Part shown: positions 43,940 through 55,660 of the stretch, piece by piece
How the letters are laid out: every line of letters starts with the position of its first letter
Position numbering within the stretch: position 1 is the stretch's first letter
Assembly (NCBI GenBank): GCA_964016885.1
Contig: OZ024756.1
Coordinates: forward strand, 310,001 to 374,000
From: Eledone cirrhosa
Taxonomy: Eukaryota
Direction: 5' to 3'
DNA length: 64,000 nucleotides
The notes under the pieces: model-generated
What the model was told of the DNA's origin: nothing
The model's database searches: none
Seen by the model: the letters and a program-made list of their open reading frames with translations, nothing else
Position numbers and translations under genes: made by a program

Positions 43940-46900
43940 GGTTCAAGAATAAAAGACACCCAGTCCACCCTGTAAGGTGACAGTGCTGGTTCAACAATAA
44001 AAAACACCAAGTCCACCCTGTAAGGTGGTACTGCTGGTTCAACAATAAAAGGCACCCAGTCCACCCTGTAAGGTGATAGTGCGGGTTCAACAATAAAAGG
44101 CACCAAGTCCACCACGTAAGGTGATAGTGCTGGTTCAATAATAAAAGGCACCCAGTCCATCCTGTAAGGTGGTAGTGCTGGTGCCACTACATAAAGCAAC
44201 CAGTCGACCCTGTAAGGTGGTAGTGCTGGTACCATTACATAAAGCATCCAGTCCATCCTGTAAGGTGGTAGTGCTGGTGCCACTACATAAAGCACCCAGT
44301 CCACCCTGTAAGGTAGTAGTGCTGGTGCCACTACATAAAGCAACCAGTCCATCCTGTAAGGTGGTAGTGCTGGTGCCACTACATAAAGCAACCAGTCCAC
44401 CATGTAAGGTGGTAGTGCTGGTGCCACTACATAAAGCACCCAGTCCACCCTGTAAGGTAGTAGTGCTGGTGCCACTACATAAAGCATCCAGTCCATCCTG
44501 TAAGATGGTAGTGCTGGTGCCACTACATAAAGCAACCAGTCCATCCTGTAAGGTGGTAGTGCTGGTGCCACTACATAAAGCAACCAGTCCATCCTGTAAG
44601 ATGGTAGTGCTGGTGCCACTACATAAAGCACCCAGTCCACCCTGTAAGGTAGTAGTGCTGGTGCCACTACATAAAGCATCCAGTCCATCCTGTAAGATGG
44701 TAGTGCTGGTGCCACTACATAAAGCAACCAGTCCATCCTGTAAGGTGGTAGTGCTGGTGCCACTACATAAAGCAACCAGTCCATCCTGTAAGATGGTAGT
44801 GCTGGTGCCACTACATAAAGCAACCAAGTCTACCCTGTAAGGTGGTAGTGCTGGTGCCACTACATAAAGCACCCAGTCCACCCTGTAAGGTAGTAGTGCT
44901 GGTGCCACTACATAAAGCATCCAGTCCATCCTGTAAGATAGTAGTGCTGGTGCCACTACATAAAGCACCCAGTCCATCCTGTAAGGTGGTAGTGCTGGTG
45001 CCACTACATAAAGCAACCAAGTCTACCCTGTAAGGTAGTAGTGCTGGTGCCACTACATAAAGCACCCAGTCCATCCTGTAAGGTGGTAGTGCTGGTACCA
45101 CTACATAAAGCACCCAGTCCACCCTGTAAGGTAGTAGTGCTGGTGCCACTACATAAAGCACCCAGTCCATCCTGTAAGGTGGTAGTGCTGGTGCCACTAC
45201 ATAAAACACCCACTCTACCCTGTAAGGTGGTAGTGCTGGTACCACTACATAAAGCACCCACTCTACCCTGTAAGGTGGTAGTGCTGGTGCCACTACATAA
45301 AGCAACCAGTCTTCCCTGTAAGGTGATAGTGCTGGTGCCACTACATAAAACAACCAGTCTTCCCTGTAAGGTGGTAGTGCTGGTACCACTACATAAAGCA
45401 ACCAGTCTACCCTGTAAGGTGGTAGTGCTGGTACCACTACATAAAGCAACCAGTCTTCCCTGTAAGGTGGTAGTGCTGGTACCACTACATAAAGCAACCA
45501 GTCTTCCCTGTAAGGTGGTAGTGCTGGTACCACTACATAAAGCAACCAGTCTTCCCTGTAAGGTGGTAGTGCTGGTGCCACTACATAAAGCAACCAGTCT
45601 TCCCTGTAAGGTGGTAGTGCTGGTACCACTACATAAAGCAACCAGTCTTCCCTGTAAGGTGGTAGTGCTGGTGCCACTACATAAAGCAACCAGTCTTCCC
45701 TGTAAGGTGGTAGTGCTGGTACCACTACATAAAGCAACCAGTCCATCCTGTAAGGTGATAGTGCTGGTGCCACTACATAAAACAACCAGTCTTCCCTGTA
45801 AGGTGGTAGTGCTGGTGCCACTACATAAAGCAACCAGTCTACCCTGTAAGGTGGTAGTGCTGGTGTCACTACATAAAGCAACCAGTCTTCCCTGTAAGGT
45901 GGTAGTGCTGGTGTCACTACATAAAGCAACCAGTCTTCCCTGTAAGGTGGTAGTGCTGGTGTCACTACATAAAGCAACCAGTCTTCCCTGTAAGGTGGTA
46001 GTGCTGGTGTCACTACATAAAGCAACCAGTCTTCCCTGTAAGGTGGTAGTGCTGGTGCCACTACATAAAGCAACCAGTCCATCCTGTAAGGTGGTAGTGC
46101 TGGTGCCACGATGAAAAGCAACCAGTCTTCCCTGTAAGGTGGTAGTGCTGGTACCACTACATAAAGCAACCAGTCTTCCCTGTAAGGTGGTAGTGCTGGT
46201 GCCACTACATAAAGCAACCAGTCTTCCCTGTAAGGTGGTAGTGCTGGTACCACTACATAAAGCAACCAGTCTTCCCTGTAAGGTGGTAGTGCTGGTGCCA
46301 CTACATAAAGCAACCAGTCTTCCCTGTAAGGTGGTAGTGCTGGTGCCACTACATAAAGCAACCAGCCTTCCCTGTAAGGTGGTAGTGCTGGTGCCACTAC
46401 ATAAAGCAACCAGTCTTCCCTGTAAGGTGGTAGTGCTGGTGCCACTACATAAAGCAACCAGTCTTCCCTGTAAGGTGGTAGTGCTGGTGCCACTACATAA
46501 AGCAACCAGTCCATCCTGTAAGGTGGTAGTGCTGGTGCCACTACATAAAGCAACCAGTCTTCCCTGTAAGGTGGTAGTGCTGGTACCACTACATAAAGCA
46601 ACCAGTCCATCCTGTAAGGTGGTAGTGCTGGTGCCACTACATAAAGCAACCAGTCCATCCTGTAAGGTGGTAGTGCTGGTGCCACTACATAAAGCAACCA
46701 GTCCATCCTGTAAGGTGGTAGTGCTGGTGCCACTACATAAAGCAACCAGTCCATCCTGTAAGGTGGTAGTGCTGGTGCCACTACATAAAGCAACCAGTCC
46801 ATCCTGTAAGGTGGTAGTGCTGGTGCCACTACATAAAGCAACCAGTCCATCCTGTAAGGTGGTAGTGCTGGTACCACTACATAAAGCAACCAGTCTTCCC

Positions 46901-47047
46901 TGTAAGGTAGTAGTGCTGGTGCCACTACATAAAGCACCCAGTCCACCCTGTAAGGTGGTAGTGCTGGTGCCACTACATAAAGCAACCAGTCTTCCCTGTA
47001 AGGTGGTAGTGCTGGTGCCACGATGAAAAGCAACCAGTCTACCCTGT
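43940..47047. repeat. 48-bp minisatellite, about 64 copies
   Basis: Unit ctgtaaggtggtagtgctggtgccactacataaagcaaccagtccatc; 16-aa periodicity in the ORF track. Confidence 0.97.
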
Positions 47048-48859
47048 ACATTCTGAGTTCAAATCCCACTGGGGTCAACTTTGCCTTTCATCTTTTGGGA
47101 GTTGATAAAATAAGGTACCAATCAATAATTGGGGTTGGTATAATCAACTTTCCCTTTCCCTGCCAAAATTGCTGGCCTTGTGCCTAATTAGAAAGTATTA
47201 TTACAGGTCGGACGCCATGCTTTGCAGCAAAGGTTTACGGCCCTTTATGGTCGGAGTTCAAATCCCGCCGAGGTTAACTTTGCCTTTCATCCTTACAGGG
47301 TCGATAAAATAAAGTACCAGTAATACGCTGGGATAATTGCTGGCCTTGTGCCAAAAGTAGAAACAATTATTTGACCTCAGCTCACAAAGGGATGCAACTA
47401 CATGCCACAAAGCATGTCCAACCCTCTACTGATACTGTCAATATACCACCTTTTCAAAATAATAATTTTAATAATGGTTTTTGATTTAGGCACAAGGCCA
47501 ACAATTTTGGGGGAAGAGAAAGTCGATTAAATCGACCCCAGTGTGTGACTGGTACTTTATTTTATCAACCCTGGAAGGACAAAAGACAAAGTTGAAGTAG
47601 GTAGGATTTGAACTCAGAGTGTAATGGGCTACAACTAAATATATCACAACGCTCTAATGATTCTGTCAACATACTACCTTAATTAGACATGTAATGAAAT
47701 AAAAAAACAAACAACAAGAAACAAATAGAAAAACCAAATATTAAGAATGGAAGTCTTACAAATATTTGTTATCTCACACTCAAGCACCATATCTAATGAA
47801 TAACCCCCTCCCCCATATCAGTTATTGCTGTACAAATCACATCATTATTACTCTATATTTACTATTGTATTTTCGTGGTTTAGGCTTAACCTCACATGAT
47901 TATCTCACATAATATCGAATCTATGAGATTTTGGTATCATTTATTTTGAGAAAAATACCTCAACAGCAATATGAGCAGCCGGTTACAGCTGGTTTGAACA
48001 GAAAGAGGTGAGAGAATTCTGGCCGGATGTGACCAGTTTAAATGCTAAATGGGTTAACAGAACAACTGAAAAAATCTTTGATGAAAATAGTTTTGTAGTA
48101 AATCATAGCCAAGAGAATTTTTATGGTTTATATTCTAATTTACTGCTAAACAACCAGACATCTTAAGATTAATAAACCTATTGTGGCCAGCGGTTCGTTG
48201 CTCTGCCGCCTCTCACCCTCTTTATCACTGGCAACCATAATGGTTCCTATTGAAATAATTTAGGCCCACACAAGACCAGAAATTTGGGGAGAAGGATTAG
48301 TTGATAATATCAACTCAAATATTTCGCTGGTACTATATTTAATCGACCCCAGAATGATGAAAGGTGAAGTTGACTTCAGTAGAGTTTGAAACCAGAACGT
48401 AAAGAACCGTACCGAAATACCGCAAACCGTTTGACTGGCAAACATAATTGTTTCTACTTTTGGCACAAGGCCAGCAAATTACCCAGTGTATTACTGGTAC
48501 TTTCTTTTATCGACCCCGTAAGTTGACTTCAGTAGAGTTTGAAACCAGAATGTAAAGAACCGTACCGAAATATCGCAAACCTTTTGACCAATTAAAATCT
48601 GTGACTTAGAGAAAAGAATAACAAAACATTTGTGAAGTCTTATATTTCCCTACTTTCTACCCTTTTGGGTTTTTTTAAACTAAAATATAGAAATATAGAT
48701 AACCTGTAATGTCTCTTATTTCCATCTTGCTACTAAACAATAACAGCCGGAAGAATTAACGGAAAATTTAAAAAGTTAAAAGAATGTTTTGGTAAACCAA
48801 TATTTTTGGTAACATCAAAATAAAGCAAAATAGTATACACACATACCACATATATATTT

Positions 48860-51668
48860 ATCATCATCATCATCATCATCATCAACGTTTAACGTCCGTG
48901 TTCCACGCTTGCATGGGTTTGGACGGGGGTAGTCCCACTTGAGGCAAGAGTGATTGTCTTGCTCGCATAGGACTGTCTGGCAGGTTTTCTACAGTTGGAT
49001 GCCCTTCCTAACACCAACCACATTTACAGTGTGGGTCTGGGAGGTTTTTACCGTGTTGCCTACACGGCCACATTACAGCGTGGACTGTGTGTTTTTTTGT
49101 CGTGACACCTACACGATCTCATTTGTTTCGGCCTCGATGGCGCGGCACCAACATAACTTTACATAGAACGGGGTGGTGTGGGTGGGGTGGGGGTGGTGGC
49201 GGGACGGGGTGTATTTTGTTAGAGATGCCTACTGGCAAGGCGGGTCTTCTCTGTTACTGAGTACCGCCAAAGGTCTCGGTCCAGTGACATTGTCTTGGAG
49301 AGGTGTAAGTGTGTGAGGTCGGAGTTTATCAGCTCATCCCATGTTTTTCTAGGTCTGCCTATTCCTTGGCTACCGTCTATCTTTATTGCCCTGCACTTTG
49401 TTATACAGCTATCGACTTTCATGCGCAACACGTGTCCATACCAACGCAGCCTTCTCTCGAGTAAACAACATCTGATCCCTCTTATCTCTAATGTTTTCCT
49501 TAGTTCGTTTATGCTTTGCCATTCACGTATATTACTGTTACACATCCAGCGGAGCATGCAAGCTTCGTTCCTCTCTAGTCTGCGTATATCCTCTGCACAC
49601 AATGCCCAGGTCTCACTACCATGCAACATTGCTGTTCGTATGCAGGCATCGTACAACCTGCCTTTCATTTTTAGGGAGAACCCTTTAGCAGCTAATAGTG
49701 GTATAAGCTGTCTGAACTTTTTCCACCCAGTTCTGACTCTAGCTACAGTACTTTCAGAGCACCCTCCCCCACTGCTGATTTTATCGCCCAGGTAACGGAA
49801 GCTGTCCACTATTTCTATAGAACCCTCTGCGCAATTGAAAGAGCTAGTATTTTGTGGGCACTTGCTGCTACTTATTGCACCAGAACACCGGCCACATGTA
49901 AAATCTATGTTCTTAGTTAGCTTACCTGTGATCCCACTACATCTTTTATGCACCCATACTTTGCATTTAGGACATAAAATGGAGTTTCTACCTACGCCTT
50001 TCCTACACACCGAGCACGACCATTTCCCAGAAGGGACCGCCGCCTTGTTTTCTTTCCTACAAACTAGAACTTTGGTCTTAGCCAGGTTAATTTTAAGTCC
50101 TTTTGACTCTAGGCCGTGCTTCCATGTTTGGAATTTCTTCTCTAGCTCGGCCATTGATTCCGCTATGAGTGTCAGGTCGTCTGCGTATAGGAGTTCCCAT
50201 GGGCAGCCTGTCTTGAACTCCTCTGTTATAGCCTGAAGGGCAATAATAAATAGTAGGGGGTTGAGAACAGAGCCCTGATGGACGCCAACTTTTACGCTAA
50301 ACTCTTCACTATATTCGTTGTTAATTCTAACCTTGCTGACTGTTTCTTTATACATGGCTTGTATAGCCCTCACAAGCCATTCGTCAACGCCTAGTTTTCT
50401 AAGAGCCCACCAGATAATGGAGCGGGGGACTCTGTCGAAGGCTTTCTCCAGGTCGACAAAAGCTAAGTAGAGGGGTTTACCTTTAGCTAGGTACTTCTCC
50501 TGTAGTTGTCGTACTATGAAAAGAGCGTCTGTGGTGCTTTTGCCTGACACAAACCCGAACTGCATTTCATCTAGGTCAATTCTCTCTCTGATTAGTTGCG
50601 CTATTATTTTTTCCGTGACCTTCATGACCTGGTCGATTAATTTAATGCCTCTATAGTTACTCCTATCTAGGGCGTCTCCTTTACCCTTATAACAGTTAAC
50701 GATGATGCTGCTATGCCAGTCCTTCGGAACAACCCCATTCTGTACGACTTGGTTAACTATGCGGGTGACCATGGTGTGTCCCACCGTGCCAGATGCCTTC
50801 AGCATCTCAGCAACTATTTCCGAAGGCCCAGCCGCCTTACCCGTCTTCATATCCTTGATTGCCTTACTTATTATACTCCCCTCGACTAACACTGCTGGTC
50901 CCTCTATCGGGTCGATATGGGGGAGACTGTCTTTCTCCCATTTATTCTCCTCATTTAGTAGCCTTTCATAGTGACACTTCCAAGCTACCTTCTTATCAGT
51001 GTCGGTGATGGCAAGTATGCCATCATCGTTAAGTACACACTTCTCCCCGACAATATCACGGTTTTCCTTGATGCATTGCCTGGCAATCCTGAACACCTCA
51101 CGTTTTTGGTCATCGCGTTGTAGAACATGCTTGAACTTTCTTTCCTCAGCTTCCCTTCTTGCTAAGTACACTTCTCTCCTAGCTTCCCTCCTGGCCACTT
51201 GATAGTCTACTCTACTTCCCCCATCCCACCATACTTTCCAAGCCTGCTTTTTGGCCTTAATTGACCCCTCCACCCTACTGTTCCACCACCAAGTTACTCT
51301 CCTCCTGCCTACAGGCCTGCTCCAGCCACAGACTCAGTCTGTCGCCAACAGAAGGTTTGCTTTCAGAAATTCCCACTGTCCCTCTATATTGTCCGATTCT
51401 AGATGCTCTTCCTTACTGTCGAAAGCATCAAGTAATATGCTTTGAAATTTATTTCTGGCTGTGGGGTCCTTTAGTTTCCATATTTTCCTCCTGAGGATAG
51501 TCCTCTTCTGCTGTCGAGTACGTCTCGTCCTGACTATGAGGTCGCTAATTATCAGTCAATGTTGGGAGGTGCATTCTTCATGGGGGAGGGATTTAGTGTT
51601 TACAACAGACACTCTGTCACGTCTTCTGGTAAGGATATAATCTACCTGGCTTGTGTGTTCCCCTGATC
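48860..51668 (-). mobile_element. RTE LINE family A, 5'-truncated within the AP endonuclease
   Basis: Endonuclease C-terminal remnant (VDYIL...HEECTSQH) at 51540-51660, ORF, 3' UTR, (ATG)n tail. Confidence 0.95.
49219..51273 (-). CDS. RTE reverse transcriptase ORF (684-aa open portion) with PHD-like finger
   Basis: KAAGPSEI, NYRGIKLI, QFGFVSGKSTTDA, FVDLEKAFDRV, VHQGSVLNPLLF, LLYADD, MLHGSETW, RLRWYGHV. Confidence 0.93.
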   Translation of the reverse strand: MEGSIKAKKQAWKVWWDGGSRVDYQVARREARREVYLARREAEERKFKHVLQRDDQKREVFRIARQCIKENRDIVGEKCVLNDDGILAITDTDKKVAWKCHYERLLNEENKWEKDSLPHIDPIEGPAVLVEGSIISKAIKDMKTGKAAGPSEIVAEMLKASGTVGHTMVTRIVNQVVQNGVVPKDWHSSIIVNCYKGKGDALDRSNYRGIKLIDQVMKVTEKIIAQLIRERIDLDEMQFGFVSGKSTTDALFIVRQLQEKYLAKGKPLYLAFVDLEKAFDRVPRSIIWWALRKLGVDEWLVRAIQAMYKETVSKVRINNEYSEEFSVKVGVHQGSVLNPLLFIIALQAITEEFKTGCPWELLYADDLTLIAESMAELEKKFQTWKHGLESKGLKINLAKTKVLVCRKENKAAVPSGKWSCSVCRKGVGRNSILCPKCKVWVHKRCSGITGKLTKNIDFTCGRCSGAISSSKCPQNTSSFNCAEGSIEIVDSFRYLGDKISSGGGCSESTVARVRTGWKKFRQLIPLLAAKGFSLKMKGRLYDACIRTAMLHGSETWALCAEDIRRLERNEACMLRWMCNSNIREWQSINELRKTLEIRGIRCCLLERRLRWYGHVLRMKVDSCITKCRAIKIDGSQGIGRPRKTWDELINSDLTHLHLSKTMSLDRDLWRYSVTEKTRLASRHL

Positions 51669-52770
<1,102 letters not shown>

Positions 52771-53007
52771 AGTGAGAAGGCAGTAATTGACTTTTCACAA
52801 GAAATCCTGTGTCGCTCTACCGACCAATCAAATGATATATTTCAAGTTTCCTCACAGGGTTACTACAAACACATACATACATACATACATACATATATAC
52901 ACACACACACACACACACCATGGTTACTACAAATTCCTATTGTTTTATTGGTGAGACTTTAAACCACATCTTGTACAATTAGCAGATCAGTGGAGGGGGG
53001 GGGGGCA

Positions 53008-53012
53008 TGTTT

Positions 53013-53045
<33 letters not shown>

Positions 53046-53716
53046 TGTGAGAGATAAAGAGAGATTGCATGAGGGCGTGTGTGAGAGAGTATGAGGGTGT
53101 GTGTGAGAGAGAGATAGAGAGGGAGAGCGTGAGAGAGTGTATGAGAGAAAGATAGAGCATGTACAAGTGAGTGTGAGAGAGAGTGTGTATGAGAGAAAGA
53201 GTGAGAGAGAGTGTGTGAGAGAGAGTGTGCGAGAGTGTGTATGAGAGAAAGAGTCAGAGAGAGTGAGAAAGAGTCAGAGAGTGTGAGAGAGAGTGAGATA
53301 GAGAGTGTGAGAGAGAGAGAGAGTGAGAGAGAGAGTGTGTAAGAGAGAGAGTGTGTAAGAGAGAGAGTGAGAGAGAGTGAGTGTGTAAGAGAGAGAGTGT
53401 GTGTGAGAGAGAGTGTGTGTGAGAGAGAGGGAGAGTGAGAGAGAGTGTGTGTGAGAGATAGAGTGAGAGAGTGTGTGTGTGAGAGTGAGAGAGAGAGAGA
53501 GAGAGAGTGTGTGTGAGAGTGAGAGAGAGAGAGAGAGAGAGTGTGTGTGTGAGAGTGAGAGAGAGAGAGTGTGTGTGTGTGAGAGTGAGAGAGAGAGTGT
53601 GTGTGAGAGAGAGAGTGTGTGTGTGAGAGAGAGAGTGTGTGTGTGAGAGAGAGAGTGTGTGTGTGAGAGAGAGAGAGTGTGTGTGAGAGAGAGAGTGTGT
53701 GTGTGTGAGAGAGAGA

Positions 53717-53748
<32 letters not shown>

Positions 53749-53750
53749 TA
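53008..53750. repeat. (GA)n/(GT)n compound microsatellite
   Basis: Directly visible. Confidence 0.95.
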
Positions 53751-54399
53751 GTTGCAGCTGGGGACATTGATAAAGTGTTGAAGTAGCAGCTGAAGAGTTT
53801 GATAGTTCCTATTTGGGCAGACACCTAACTGTTGTTGGTACAGTTCAGTTGACTATTACTACTACTACTACTACTACTACTACTATTACTACTGTTACTA
53901 CTACTACTACTGTTACTACTACTACTACTACTACTACTGTTACTACTACTATTACTACTACTGCTACTACTACCATTACCACCACCACCAGTTACTACTA
54001 CTAACACCATTCCCACCACTACTACTACTGTTACTACTACTACCACTACCACCACCACTGTTACTACTACTACCGCCACCCCCACTACTACTACTACTTA
54101 ACCCTTCAGCATTTAAACCAGCCATGTCCGGCCAGAATTCTCTCACCTCTTTCTGTTCAAATCAGCCGTAACTGGTCACTCATACTTATGTTAATGTATT
54201 GTTCTCAAAATAAATCATATCAAAATCTTGTAGATTTGATACTATATGAGATATTATGTGAGATAAAATGTTTACAGTGAAATACAATAGTAAATATAGA
54301 ATAATGTAAATGGTAAAGGGTTAATTCAGTCAATCACATTTCATATTACCTTCTTTCACACACGTCTGTGTGTGTGTGTATTGCATAATGAAAACAACT

Positions 54400-55308
54400 T
54401 ATTCCCGTCTACAAAGAAGGCTGGCTGTCCATGTAAAACAAGTCAATGAGTAGACCGCATGATCCACAGAAAATCAATGAGGAACCACTTCGACACTGTA
54501 GCTGGAATATCTCGACAAATCAGCCTTAATTTACACAAGGAAATGTCTTGGTGTACGGTCTTTCATCGTCTAGAAGTTAGATTGAAAGCTCGCTCCCCAA
54601 TGATCAAACCTTTTACCAGCAATAAAAATAAAATTGCTAGACTTGCCTTTGCTGAGAAGCATGTTGTGTGGAGTGAAAAAAGTTCATTTTAGTGATGAAA
54701 GCAAGTTTAATTTGGTTGGTTCAGAATGGTAACTAATATGTAAGACATAAAACTGGAGAAAGACTTCTTTCTAATGTGTCAAAAAGTCTGGATTGGGGTA
54801 TGTTCTCAGCAGCCAGAGTGGGGCCTCTCATTTACTTAAATGGTACTGCGACTGCTAATGTGTACCAGAACCTCCTTCAGCAACATACCATTCCCTCTTT
54901 AAGGACTTCTCCCAAACAACCAGCCATTTTTATACAAGATAATGCTCTGTGCCACACTGCAAAATGAGTGAAAACATTTCTCAAAGATGAGGAAATAGAA
55001 GTTTTGAAATGACCAGTTTAGAGTCCTGACTTAAATCCATTCAAGGATCTTTGGAAGATCATTGGGGTTGCCATGGTGAAAACACTAGCTACAACCACTG
55101 AATTATGGAAGAAACTAGAGGAATACCACTCCAAAACTGTACAATGGTAACTTCATATGGACACGGATGTGCCGAAGTCATCCAAAGCCAGGACCTCTAC
55201 ACTTCCTATTAATGTTTGAGAATACATAAACCCTAGTTTGTAGACCAAATCTCATGTTTAATTGTGTTTCGTAAAGATTATGTTTCCATTCTCCTATTTT
55301 GATCACTG
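54400..55308 (+). pseudogene. Tc1-family DDE transposase, degenerate
   Basis: RLAFAEKHVVW, FSDESKFNL, WGMFSAARVGPL, IFIQDNALCHTAK, SPDLNPFKDLW; multiple stops and frameshifts. Confidence 0.88.
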
Positions 55309-55537
55309 AATTAAATTAAAGGTTTATCATTAATATCTTGTTTATAGCCTTCATTATTTAGAACATATTTTAGCATAACACAGATAGATATATATATACA
55401 ACACAGATATATATACTAGACATATATATACAACACAGATATATACAACACAGATATATATACAACACAGATATATATATATATATAGCACTCAGATATA
55501 TATAGCAACACAGATATATATATATATATATATATAT

Positions 55538-55660
55538 AGCACTCACTGTAAATGAGGTTGGTGTTAGGAAGGGCATCCAGCTGTAGAAATCAAGCCAGAA
55601 TCAGTTCCCGTCCCACCCTTGCAAGCAGGGAAAAGCGGACGTAAAATGATGATGATGATC
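55538..55660 (+). mobile_element. 3' half of tRNA SINE (family of 22201)
   Basis: Matches 22416-22535. Confidence 0.85.

Noticed and set aside
37691-47047. CRISPR-like appearance of the 49-bp and 48-bp arrays
   Set aside because: No unique spacers, no cas genes, eukaryotic context; simple head-to-tail repeats
43903-47078. 755-aa and 306-aa repeat proteins (PPYREDWLLYVVAPAL)n
   Set aside because: Unit is a multiple of 3 and TE-derived; frameshifting units present; no unique flanking coding sequence
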